A stretch of 64,000 nucleotides of DNA, taken from assembly GCA_051362555.1 (NCBI GenBank), contig CM120640.1:10478001-10542000 (forward strand), written 5' to 3'. Below are positions 1-13,100 of this stretch, piece after piece (the stretch's first letter is position 1; every line of letters begins with the position of its first letter). The stretch is from Lingula anatina (lineage: Eukaryota > Animalia > Brachiopoda). A program made the translations under genes and the position numbers. The notes beneath the pieces are model-generated. The model worked only from the letters and a program-made list of their open reading frames with translations, was not told where the DNA came from and did not search any database.

Positions 1-761
1 GTGAAGCATAATCTTACAAACTGAAATACATGCATACTATCTGTCATTATCAAAGAATTCCATACGTATTATGCCTAAATCTTAATGAAATTCTATGGAT
101 CGAGGTTGTGAGAACCAAACCAACACCTTGAAGTGACTCACAGCATCCATAATTCAAGATATCACCAGCTGATTTCTTATTTCTCCATTTGTAACTAGAA
201 ATATTGATATCCATTGTAATACATGTCAGTTTCTATACAGATTTATGTATATGCAAATCTTGATGGTATTCTTTTAACATTTTGCTTATAAAATATCTGC
301 TCATTTACATATATGTTTTGTACATTTATACTGTACATGCATGCTACATACACAGAAATACATGTAGGTCTGTATGTACAAGGAATTTGCATCCAGTTCA
401 TACAATAATCATACTTTTTTATTAAGAAAATTAGAAAAAATTGACACTCTGAACATAATACAATGTTACCAACTTTATTTGTCTGTTTAAAAGTAAGTTC
501 TAGCTACTATACAGAGCACCATACAGTGTATATGGAATTTTATGCTTAGATGTCCTTTCTTTACACCTTTTTTGATGTGTACTAGTAAGTCAAACCCTAC
601 TTGTTGAAACAACTTGACACTTTTGATACCATTGCAAAGCAGTCAACCATCATAAAATAGAGTGGATTATGCACTTCAAAAAAGTAGGTACATTTTAATA
701 ATCATATCATGTACAAGAATGCATACAAATGTAGGTATAGTGTTCTAGTATTATACTGCAC

Positions 762-1049
762 CTCTTTGATAAACAACTCCACATTCTGTTGTGTTTGCGG
801 AGTCCATTGTCTGAGAATAGCAAATATCTCTGCTATGGTTGTTGCTGGGTTCATCACCACATCCAGGCACCCTGGACAACTGGGGTCAAAGAATACCATT
901 TCCTGCTTCTGGCATGCCTCACAGAGTGGGGGCTCCACAGCAGGATGGATCATTGGCTTTTCCCGTGGTGAAATGCAGAAATCATTGTTATTGTCGTTGT
1001 CAGTATCAGCACCATTATCAATGTGCTGGTCTTCGTCTTCAAGGGCCAT
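762..1049 (-). CDS. First coding exon of a CAP-Gly domain linker protein 3/4 (CLIP3/CLIP4)-like gene; the gene continues off the left edge
   Basis: Peptide FFDPSCPGCLDVVMNPATTIAEIFAILRQWTPQTQQNVELFIKE resembles the CLIP3/CLIP4 N-terminus just before the ankyrin repeats. Acceptor ttttctAG at 1052-1053, ATG at 1049, GT donor at 761. Confidence 0.8.
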
Positions 1050-1099
1050 CTCTAGAAAACAAAAAGAAAGAAATATTTTAGAATCAGGTTCACTCATAT

Positions 1100-1525
1100 G
1101 GTAATGCTACTCATAAGAGTTAAGGACCTATCATTTTCAAACACGGAAGACACGTAATGCTCAGCAAAACCGTTGAGTTTGAAAAAGATTGGCGCATAAC
1201 TTACACTCACACGTTAGGTTAAAGTTGATCTAGTTTTGTTGTTTTGCCCATCAGAGTAGATCGACTAACTGTACACTGTTTACAGTACTAGTACTGTACA
1301 TGTACTAGTACAGTAGATACATGGACCTACCACTGCCACTAACATCACTGAGGCTTGAATAGATCATCTTTGCACATTAATTAAGTTTCGTGAAATTGGT
1401 TTACAAATAAAAAGACAATTCATAATAATACTTACACTACTCAAATATAGAAAATACGTTTATATTTCAACGGAACACACCTGTCGCACATATCAATACA
1501 TTTCAGCCTCGTTATGAATTTCAAA
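1100..1525. promoter_or_regulatory. Probable bidirectional promoter between the CLIP3/4-like gene and PSMG3
   Basis: Divergent ATGs at 1049 (-) and 1526 (+); local CpG enrichment; YY1-like CAAAATGGCTGC over the PSMG3 start; candidate minus-strand 5'UTR donor GTAAGT near 1430. Confidence 0.5.
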
Positions 1526-2581
1526 ATGGCTGCGCCCATGCAAAGTTTGCGGCCGTCAAAACAGGTATATTTTTCATATTTTTAACGTAAATTAAGAAAC
1601 AGTAAATATCTAACAATATATATCATAATAATAAATTGTCTTTGTGGATATGAAAAAGTCCAATCAATGTGTTTTTATACTCAGTAACCCACGAAAACGA
1701 ATACGGTTACTCTCAAGGACAACCGATAACGTTAACATACTGTATAATTTGATAGTAAATGTAAATATAAATGGTTTGTCTTCTGTTGCAGGTGGCATTC
1801 AAGATTAATGGGCATCAAACAGATATTTCATGCACAGACTTTCAGAACAGATTGTTTCTTGTTATCACACAGTTACAGAAAATCGGCACTTTGGTGTGTG
1901 GCTTGATTATGTACTGTACATTATTTGTTTAATTATCTTTTATGAATTAGAATGTATATTAAAATAACCTAGTGGTAAATCAGCATTAAAAGTTTGAAAT
2001 ATGTTGTTTTAATTATATAATTTTGTCGTATTATACATAACAGTTATATTTATAATTGTATTTCTGGTTTGTTGATTTCAGATCCATCTTTCCAAGGATG
2101 TGGTGATGGAGCAGGGTCCCACCCATGTGTACACAACCAAAGTGCTGCTAGGAAAGGATGAGGTATACATCAGTACACACAATTCCAATGCTATTCACAG
2201 TATCTTCTTCTAAAAATAATAATAAATGAATAAAATTGATATATAATAATAGGCTAAAAAGATAATAAAAATAAATGTGATAAATAGACAAAAATGTTGT
2301 TTTAATACTGTTTAAAATACTTTTTGTAATCTAATTTAACTTTACTTTTTTTTTAAAATACATGCACAGAAAAAGTTTGCTAACTGCAATGCCATATGAA
2401 TAATTGTATTGATTTATTAATTTTCTAGGAACATTTAAATCTCCTTGCCAGGCGACTTGCAGAGAGGATCCCTATAAACAAACCAATCCTGCTTTCCTTA
2501 GCACTTAAAGACACTTCAATCATCACACTAAAAGCTATAGAACAACTCATTGTAGACAATCAAATGTGGGAAGTCAGGTGA
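1526..2581 (+). CDS. PSMG3: Proteasome assembly chaperone 3, 4 exons, about 124 aa (absent from the ORF track)
   Basis: Exons 1526-1564, 1792-1893, 2082-2162, 2429-2581, all GT-AG and phase 0. Peptide includes TDISCTDFQNRLFLVITQLQKIGTL, YTTKVLLGKDE, PILLSLALKD and NQMW, matching PAC3 motifs. Confidence 0.9.
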
Positions 2582-4407
2582 TAGCTGCTTAGCTTAGCTT
2601 GGTGTCAGCCAATGGTAGAGTGCTACTTCAAAAGGAGTTGGATGTAACATAGGACTTCTATCCATATTTCCAAAAATCCAAAACATCCTGTCAGTAAAGG
2701 CATTGCTTATTACTTGCAGTGGAGAGGGGCCTTAGAAAGAGGGCAGATAAGACCAATGAGATTGCAAAAATTGTCAGCAGTAGAAGTACCATATTGTTGT
2801 GGTAGGGATGACTGATCTTGTGTGGACTTGGCCATGTGTAAAAATCTCAATACACACAACTGTCAGTGGTCATAATAGTCATGCTACCTGTATGTAGAAA
2901 CTACATAGAATCAGGTTATCGTCAATAGTAAACAAGAGACACTCCTTACAGGTCCCCGAAGGCTATCTGGGATTTTTGAGCCAAATCAAATTTTCCTGGC
3001 AAAAAAGTAATTTTCTCCTGCTCCCAAATCAAATCTCTATCCATCCCTGCACTTGGGTTCATGTTTTAGGCCACAATTTGAATGTTTGGCCAGACATCAA
3101 TACTCTCATGCCTGCCTAAACATTTTAGGAAGTATTGTAACCAGATACTTCTGTAAGAGGGGTTTTATTGTTTTTAAGATCTGAATTTGGAATGACAAGT
3201 AGCTTTGCAGGATATATAAACAAGCGAGGTCTTTGGAACTTTTTCAGATACTTATAGAATACCTTTAAGTGAATAATTGTGTCAGAAAGAACTGATCCAT
3301 TTGAAAAGGTATGAAAATAGAACTTTATGGTAGTTTGCCTTTACATTATCAAAACTACCCTGATGCCATGGAAACTCGAAGGGCATGCATTTTAAGGTTA
3401 TATCCAAGTTATGAGAAAAATAAACGAGAGGTACCACTTTTATGATATCTTTTTATTGAAATGGTTAAGTAGAAATAGCTCTATAGTGCAATGTATAATG
3501 GGTTGCAGATCACATATGGGACTTCAAAATCTAACAAGACAAACAAACAATGGGTAAGGGACTTGATAAACTAACACAAACAAAGAACAAAGACTGGCAA
3601 AACAAACAAATATGTAAAAAATGATAATGATGAACAAGGAGTATTTACAGAAATTAAATTTGATTTTTGAAAATGGTAAGTTGGAGATCAGGGCCTGGTT
3701 CCAAGTAATTCCCCACACAGCTTTATCACAAATCTTTCATGTACTGTACTTGAAACCAAATTAAGCATTTTAAAACAAAGAACATGTGGCTATTCAAACT
3801 GAATATTTTTTTGCCATTTCATATATGGCTTTAAGTAACAACTTATAAAGTTGTCCAAAATACTTTCAAACTGATAAGGTTAACCCCAAAACATGTACAA
3901 CAGTAACATAATATTTAGTTATGTGGAACTTTAATGTTTTAACTTTTACATTATATTAAAACCTGAATATCACGTATTTCTATGTACATGGCTATATAAA
4001 AGTTGTCAAATAGTGCTAAACTGTAAATGCCACACCACAGTTAACTTTCCTAGTATGGGCTCTGAATTACATAAATACATATAACAGTCTCTGAGTTGGT
4101 CTTTGAAAACAACCAAGTTGTACTACATTCAAAATATCCATATGTAAGTTTTCTTGTTGGCATGTTGACATTGTTATTACAAAACTTGCCACACCTTCCA
4201 TTATGAGCAGTTAGCAGGTTGTGGCTATCTACATATGATTGTCAAATTCTTGAGGTATATTTTCATGGTTGGGAATGCAAAGGTCAGGTCAAACAATCCT
4301 ATCAAGTGAGACAACTTTCACCAAGATAAGTTACACGTGTCATATAACCATAATGCATTTTTTTGGCATATTTTGATAGCAAAAATGGCACTGGGATGAT
4401 CATCTTA

Positions 4408-6253
4408 AACAAGGCAGCAAAGCTGTCAAATGTACAGACAAAGAACAGAAAATAAAGGTGCAAATAAGTGAAAAATTAAATTTTCACAAAAAACTGTTAA
4501 ATTGCCAGAAAAATTTACCAAACAGGCTGCATTGCCTATTGAAGCTGTATGTTAGACCCATGTTTCTTTCCTGTAAGTTTGAGAACAGTAAGTGACATGA
4601 TTTCCCTTAAATGGTCATCATAGGAGCAGTGCCCAAAATAGGGGTTTCTTCAAATTTTGATGCAACATTACATAATGTTTAACAGCATAATGACAATCAA
4701 ATGTTATTAATAAAATATTAGTAACATGGACATTCAGAAAATGGGACAAGCAAAAGTCTTCAAGATCATGGAACTTAAACGTCACACCTTGAAAATGCCA
4801 ATATGTGAAAAATTAAATTTTCACAAAAAACTGCCAAAAAAAAAAAAAAAAAAAAAACCCAAACAGACTGCATTGCCTACTGAAGCTGTATTTTAGTCCC
4901 ATGTTTCTTTCCTGTAAGTTTGAGAACAGTAAGTGACATGATTTTCCTTAAATGGTCATCATGGAAGCAGTGCCCAAAATAGGGGTTTCTTCAAATTTTG
5001 ATTCAATATTACATAATGTTTAACAGCTTAATGACCATCAATTTTTAATTATAAAATATTTGTATCACAGATATTCAGAAAATGTGACTAGCAAAGGTCT
5101 TCAGGCCCATGGAACTTCAAAGTCACGCCTTGAAAATGCCAAAATGTAAACAAGACAGCACTGTTCTGAAATGGGTTTATTTCCATTTTTAACACTTTTT
5201 TAACATAAAACAAAATAAACATTTTACTGCCATTTTTATATGACCAACTAAGAAAATTGATGAGATGGGAAAAGTAGAAATAGAACAGTGTTAAATGTCC
5301 AATTTCCTCCATTCTGAGATTCTGAACATAGTGGATGATTGAATCTGACAAACTGCAATGATATGAGTTTATTTCCATTTTTGACACTTTATTACACAAT
5401 GCATGATAACAAGTTTACCATGTTTTTTACATAATCAACTAACAATGTTGTAAAGATGCAGGAAATATCAAACAAACACTTTTAGGCATCTTATTAGTTA
5501 AATAATGAGACTGTTAACATGCCTAATAATTGAATCTGAGGAAATGTGAAAAAAAAACAGTATAACTTCTAAAATAATGGCCCGATTATGCTGATTTTCG
5601 AACTCAACCAACGTTTTAGTAAGATTGACCACTCCTGTGAGTATAATTGCAATTGGCCAATCCGTTTTTCTTATATTGTGTTATCAGTGTTGCATTTATA
5701 TTGAAAATAGTGAAAAAACAGCATAAATTCCCTCAAAATGACCCAATCATGCTGATTTTCGAACTTGACCTGCGTATTATGAATATTCATCAGTTCTGTA
5801 AGTTTCAAGTCACAAGGTAAAATGGTTTTCCACTTATCGTGTTATCGGTGCTGCATATATGCTGAAAAAAGTGAAAAAAAACAGCATAAATTCCCTAAAA
5901 GTGACCCGATCATGCTGATTTTCGAACTTGACCTGCGTATTATGAATATTCATCAGTTCTGTAAGTTTCAAGTCAAAAGGTAAAATGGTTTTCCACTTAT
6001 CGTGTTATCGGTGCTGCATATATGCTGAAAAAAGTGAAAAAACAGCATAAATTGCCTAAAAGTGACCAGATCATGCTGATTTTCGAACTTGACCTGCGTA
6101 TTATGAATATTCATCAGTTCTGCAAGTTTCAAGTCAAAAGGTAAAATGGTTTTCCACTTATCATGTTATCGGTAAAAGTGCACGGCGACGACGGCGACGA
6201 CAGACGCAGATGATGGCTATATGTACAGACACATCTGTGTCTGTACATAAAAA
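4408..6253 (+). mobile_element. Non-autonomous Helitron/Helentron-like element, family A, copy 1
   Basis: Starts AACAAGGCAGCAAAGCTGTCAAATGTACAGACA. Contains a ~340-bp internal duplication, about 4 tandem ~162-bp units (5587-6170), a (GGCGAC)n microsatellite and a 3' hairpin ATGTACAGACAC-atct-GTGTCTGTACAT (6221-6248). Homologous copies at 53871 and 61045. Confidence 0.8.
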
Positions 6254-7179
6254 CATCAGTTACTATTATGGAAGACCTGACAAAAATATCAAAGGGCTTA
6301 GGACTAACATATTAAATATTAAGTTATTATTCATTGATTCTGACATGACATTCAAGATGATATTATGGTTATGGGAGGTGTGTAATTTGTCTGTTATGGA
6401 AGACAACTAAATGTCATATTTGTGGGTGTATGAGATAAATACACAAATATCAACTTTATAAAAACATGAAAAACTATGATATGACTGATTGTGGTAACAA
6501 GTATGACACCATTATAATTGGACAAACAGCTCATGGTCAATATGGTTATAGTGAACAAACAGCCTAAACAGCAAATAATTCAGATTGATGCATGGAACTT
6601 CATGAGATTCTGATTTAAAATATTCATAAAAATGGTGGTAATGCATTTGTAAAATTATCAAAAATGATTTGCTATCAAACAACGAATATGTACAAAGAAA
6701 AAATTTGAAAACATGATTAGGGACAGCAGTCAAAATTTTACATTTTGCTGTAGAAAAAAATTACAAACATATATACAGACAAATAGACATTTTTTTCATG
6801 CTCAAGATTTTTTTTTTACAAAAAAGTGAAAAATTGAGAAATTTATGCTGTCTTTAAAGCAGTCTTTGATGATATGCTGTCGATATGTTTTCAAAACCAA
6901 ACAATCTAAACATGCAATTCTTACAACTTCCACACACAATTACGTGATACAGGTGAAACAAGCCATTATGAACTCTTTTCCAGGGTGTGGCCACTCCTTC
7001 ACAGCAGCCAAACAATATGTTAATATGTACCGTAGGTCCCTTCAAGTGGTGGAATGTCTGTATTGCAGCAAAGCTTAAGGTACACTGCAGTATATTTACC
7101 ACCAATCTCTTATGTTTGGCAATTACATGATGAATGACTATCCTTACTATACTCAGGGTAGATGGCCACACGTCTGTTG

Positions 7180-10100
7180 TCATAACCTGTCAACTTTTTT
7201 CATGTTGCTTAGATTGTTCTGCAGAATGCAAATGGACCTAAAGAGACTTGGAAACAAAGGTCGGACATCGGGTTTCTTGCTCCAGCACATCTTCATAATC
7301 TCATATACCTCTGCAGGTGTGTTGTCAGGACATGACAAGATTTTCCCTGCTTTTACATACTGCACCACTTCTTCATGTGTCATACCATAATATGGCTGTA
7401 ATGCGAATGAGAAAATTTCCCAGAGCACCACTCCAAAGGACCAGATATCTGATCTTAGTGAAAACTGATTGTACAATATAGTCTCCAGTGGCATCCAACG
7501 AATTGGTATTGCATCACTCTCGTCACCTTTATAGAAATCTATTACAGAATCAATCTGCCTTGCTAATCCAAAATCTGCTATTTTCACAACCATTTCATTC
7601 CCCACAAGGCAGTTTCTTGTGGCCAAGTCTCTGTGAACAAAGTTCCTCTCAGATAAGTACACCATTCCAGCCGCTATCTGTTTAGCAATCTCAAGCTGTT
7701 GTATATGGTCTAACTTGGGAACATCATTTGTCATAGCTTCGTTGCTCCTTCGCCTAACAATGAAATGATCCGGACTACACGTGCGTAAAAAGTCATTCAG
7801 GTCCCCTCTTGCCATATATTCAAACAGTAAACACATAGGCTGGCCTATTGCACACACTCCAATTAATCTTACTATGTTTGGATGGTCAAAGTCTACCATC
7901 AGGGATGCTTCTCTTTCAAAATCCCTCCTCATATCATCAGTAGCATCTTCCTTTAACATTTTTACAGCTATCAAAGTCAACTCTTCTCCTTTAACTATAT
8001 GAGGCGCTTTAGCCTGGAAGACCCGTCCAAATGCTCCTTGGCCAATGTCTTTCATATAAAGTATATTGTTCCTGGGATACTCTAGTGTTTCAAGGTGTGG
8101 GTGAAGCATTTCAATAGGACTTCGTCGATGATATGAAATGTTAGCAGGTATATCATTTAGATCTATTTCCACATCTTCTTGTGGAGGTGTATGGTATTTC
8201 TGATCCATCCTACGCACAGCAACACAGAAATAGGTGGCCACAAACACGACTAGTATCAGGACAACTCCACCACACAAAGCTCCTATGATGTAGATTGTAC
8301 TAATGGGCAGAGCAGGCTCCATGACAGGAGACTGGGCACCTTCACTGGCTGGGGAGGTAGCATTCTCTGAAAATGTGAGATAACATTACATTAAACTGTA
8401 ATAGAACTAATTTAAGATCATAACTTCAAATTAACTGCCACAGAACCCATTTACAATATCAAGCATAAAAGGAGGGAGCATTCTCGGAAAATATGTGATC
8501 ACATAACTTGACATTAACCATAAAAGATGTACAGCCCCAGAACCTGCACCAAGTCTACAAAAGTATAGCTTCTTCAGTCACTCAGAAACATTCTTGTTTA
8601 AAGTTTGAAGAAAAACAGAATGTCTGTGTTCTGGATATCCCAAGAGTAATATTACAAAAGGTTAATACATGCAAGAAAATAAAATCTACAACATTTTGCC
8701 TTCCCAAAAGGTACACATTTCAGAAACAACAGTGATGTTTGGGTAATGTTACAGCATCCCTTACCATCACACACAGGAATATCACAGTAATCCCATCGCA
8801 ATGTCTTATTAACAGTATAGCACCATGGATGTTCCACCTCTCCACCAGGATTGCGACAGTAGTTCTCAGCATTCTGCAACTCCTCAAAGACCTCAGGGAC
8901 CCTGTTGTGAGTATGTGGTAGCTGAGATGACCACTTCTGACAAATTTTTCCAGATTTTGTAATATTTTTTGTGCCATTGTAGTATTGTCCATTGCCAAAA
9001 TAGCAATTACCTGGAAATGCAATGTTGACCATTACTTGATTTACAATAAGTGCAATCGATTCCATTAGAAGAAACTAATAGCTGTAAATTACACTGACAT
9101 TTATGCATATTAAAACCCCAAGTCCTATAAGTCCTTAAGAATGACAACAGATCCACAATTTCATACCACATAAATAATTCAATTAATGACAAGTAAAGAA
9201 TGATAGGACTTACTAGTAAATTTTTTATTTTTCTTTTCAAACCACTGGATTCTTATGCAGGACTGATTGTTTTTGTGGTATTGAGGCAGGGCAGTGCAGT
9301 TTGGAAGACGGAAATGGCCGCGGTTGTGGTAAAAAATGCCCTTCTGCTTATGATCTTCTATCATTTTCCACTCGGTAAAACAGTAGAGATCCTGTACAGC
9401 CAGGCAGGTTTCCCTAGAAGAATATGCATGGAAAGAGATATTTGACATGACCAAATTAGATCACTGTAGTGCATAATCATCTGAATATAAGAACAGAGAT
9501 AAGATCAATATCCGTGCAGTTTGGACTTGGGTTCCTTTAGGAAAATGGGCAAACGGCCAGAGTTGTGATTAATTTTGATAAAATTTTGATTTGAAAATAA
9601 CTTTTAAGATTCCCTTTAAAAATGAGTCAAAGAAAACTTTATTATTGTCAAATATACGAAATATATATATTTATTTTTTTGCAGACATAGTTTAAAGTTA
9701 TTATATTCCAAGCATAAAAACCTACATGCAGAGTGGCTTGGGCATGTCAAATTCTTGAGATGTATCACAGTCTGGGAAAGCATAATGGCAGAGCATCTTT
9801 TCTGCTGGTCCACGACACAACTTGTCAAAGGGCTCAATCATTTCAAGCCACAGGCCTTTAACAATTTTTTCATTGGTTTCTTCTGGATTCTCAAAGGAAG
9901 TGTTAAAAAAGACAGATCTACTTCCGATGTACTTCTTACAAATGGTTCCATTATAATTTGAACAGTAGCCAGGTGGTCTGAAATATGGAAAGATGTGACA
10001 TCATTATCAATACCAACAGATACAATGAATTGTTGATGTATTTAAAGGTCAACATGATAAATGATTTTCATACAACTGAATTAACAGGACTAAGACTTCG

Positions 10101-13100
10101 AAATAGTTGACTTGAGCTATTATGTTCATATTTTATCTTTATTGATTTTTTAGGGGGGGGGGGATTCTTGTTCAAAGAATACCAGATGGACTGATAAACG
10201 AAGAAGCAGGTGGGATTAAAATAGACCACAAAGGTAAATTATAAAGAGTGCCAGAAAAAAAGCTATTGTTATTTGCTTATCTACAAAAAACTGATCAATA
10301 TGAGATATAAGTGCACTGCATATATGTGATCATGTACATAATGCATGAAATTAAATGAAGTGCACACTAAATGCTACTTAGGTTTTCAAGCCCAAGAAAG
10401 GTGTCAATACATCCTATTGTAAGTAGCAATATTTGTAAAAAATGGTCAAAATAAAATAATTAGGTTGCCCTACAAGCAGCTAGGTAACAAATAAAGCCAT
10501 CTCAATGTCAACTTACCTTGCTGGTTCTAATTGTGGTTAAAAAAATAAAGACAAAGAACACAATTACAAGCATTAGGCAATGTGTGATATTACAAACATT
10601 AATAGTTCTTCCTATTTACATATAGCAATTGTTACACTTACAAAATGAGCCATGCTTTACAGTACACGAAAAGCCAATTCATTTATTAATATTCATACAA
10701 TAGTTACATTCTTTTAACATTAAGTTTATTCCATCATTAATATGCATATCATATATTACCATACGTCATACACATAATATCAAGTTCATGTATTTTGAAT
10801 ACAGAACCAATCAAACATACCAATTCGTAAAAAGAAAAAAAAGAAGAAGAAAAAACTCACATACTTTGTCTCAACTAAATAGATATTACTGTGCATTTTA
10901 TTAAATATAGTGACACAGAGTTTATGTATAAACAACTGTTAGAACAGAATAATACTTACCGACTACTGTCACAGTAGCAATCTGTCTCCTCCTTGTGATG
11001 CCACCTACATGTTTGTTGAAGGCCTCACACTCAAATGTAGCAGTCTCTGTTGCATTGTATAGGATGTAAGACTTGGTGTATGTATCCCCAGTGTCTTCAT
11101 CAATGACCTTTATAAAAATAAACATGAATAAATTTATACAAGAAAAACTACTAATGCCAACACTTTACATCGTTCTTAAGAAAAGTCTTTCTCTTTAATC
11201 ACCAATGTAAACTGCTGAGAGATTTTTCATAATCTAAAATCAAAATTTGTTTTTCATTGAAAATGAAAAGAGAACTAACTTACTGTTGATAAAAAATGTT
11301 AAACATTAAAAAAAATTTTGTCTACTTAGCCAAGATGCAAGTTTAAACCATAAGATACTGACTTCTGCATGTCACAAATTGTAGGGGGAAAAAATCACCC
11401 TGAGGTCTAACAGTTTGACTTACAGAAGAATGTGGTTGTGGGACATCAAAATCCTAGTCACGTCAGTAAGTAATATGTCATCATCATGCAATTATCGATA
11501 AAGCCAATCATTAAATTGTAAGTACATGAAGAAAAATAGTATTATTGTGGGTCACAAAAGAAAGAAGAAAAAAATTTATCACAGATCTTCCTTTGGGGAC
11601 CTAGTAACAGAACTAGTGGATTTAAGAGATACATTGTTTTCCTGATGAAAAAAAATTCAAATCGGTCAATGCCATTGCAGTCATAACTGTTTAAGGCGAC
11701 AAGTTTTCCTAAGGGCATCAGAATTAACCTTGTTTAACATAGCTGAAATGAATGAAAGCACAAGGTCAGCAGATGTATAATGCAGGGATCTACAGCAGAG
11801 AGGAAAAAACGATGATAGCCTACAACATGCAGACTAAGTGCTGGTTCATTCAGCAAACTGATCTGCAGAACAATATGGAAGTTCTTGCATTATATGATGC
11901 TGAGTTTTTATTTCACAATAATTACCATCTTTCTATAAGTTTTTTTTATCCTATAGACAAAAAGTTAATAGTTAAACAATCAGTCAGAAATTTTCATTAT
12001 CTCTGCTACAAAAAAAACCCTGCAATTTTGAATTCAACTCAGGGGAGTTGTCCATTCACCTGTTAAACTGACCGCACACACATTAAATACCCATCCCCTT
12101 AACCATCCTGCCTACAAAAATAACCTTTGAAAATACAGACTTCATCAGTAGCTTCTTGTAATAACAAGTATCTGGGAGGAATTTATCTCTACTAATATTA
12201 TTATGACACACATATGCTAACTAACTGGTCTGCTTGACATCAAAAAACACAATAGAATTATTTACCTTGTAAATAATCTACTCAGCTATATTAACATTCA
12301 CAGCCATTAGGCACTGACTAAACCATTCATTTTTACGCACATGTGCAAGCAAGGGGCAGGCTCAAGGATGAATATTTCCAGATGACAGCAAAACATCTTG
12401 AGGAAAACCCACATTTTAGAGAACTTCATTTTTAGCATTAAACAGAAAGGAAGTTTGAATTGGGAACCACACAATGGAGGTATGGCTCTTCAATAAGTGC
12501 CACACCCTTTCCTCATATGTATAAAACAGTGAAAAACAGATATGTCAAAGATGCACTAAGTGCACTTAACAATCTTATCATACTGTACTTTGATAGAATT
12601 GCAATGAAAGTTAATTTATCCCAAATTTCAATGCTAAAAGAAATGTTCTAGAATCCCCAGTCGTGACATAAACAAGGCAAATCATTATTAAGCAATATAT
12701 TTATATATATAATAGTGAATACTTACTGGTATACCATTCTTTTGCCACAGAATGTGAGGCATTGGATTACCCACAGTACGGCACTGCAATCGCACAACAG
12801 TTCCCCACCACACCTTACGATCCTTTGGTCCATCAACGATTTCAGCTGGGGCTGAAAATTATATCAATTTATGCGCTAATATTCAACATTTACACACTGA
12901 CAGTATGTTTATCATATATGCAATTGTTTATCCTTAGGGAGAGTTACAGAAAAGTTCCATCACTGGTAACAACATTCCAAATCAGGCCTTCAAAACAGTT
13001 ATGACACACACAACTAGGGAACATCGATAACAACTAAAAAACCACAATATAACCAGAAAATAAAATAGTTTTGGAGTTCATGTCAATGTCCCCTGGTTGT

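Noticed and set aside
709-1104. 131-aa plus-strand ORF
   Set aside because: Antisense shadow of the CLIP3/4-like exon with no recognisable protein features.
2585-2660. tRNA/SINE-like A-box sequence after the PSMG3 stop; similar at about 17490
   Set aside because: No B box or cloverleaf; too degenerate to call.
12781-12840. Suspected frameshift in a MuSK Ig exon
   Set aside because: Careful translation gives an open frame ([18 protein letters not shown]).
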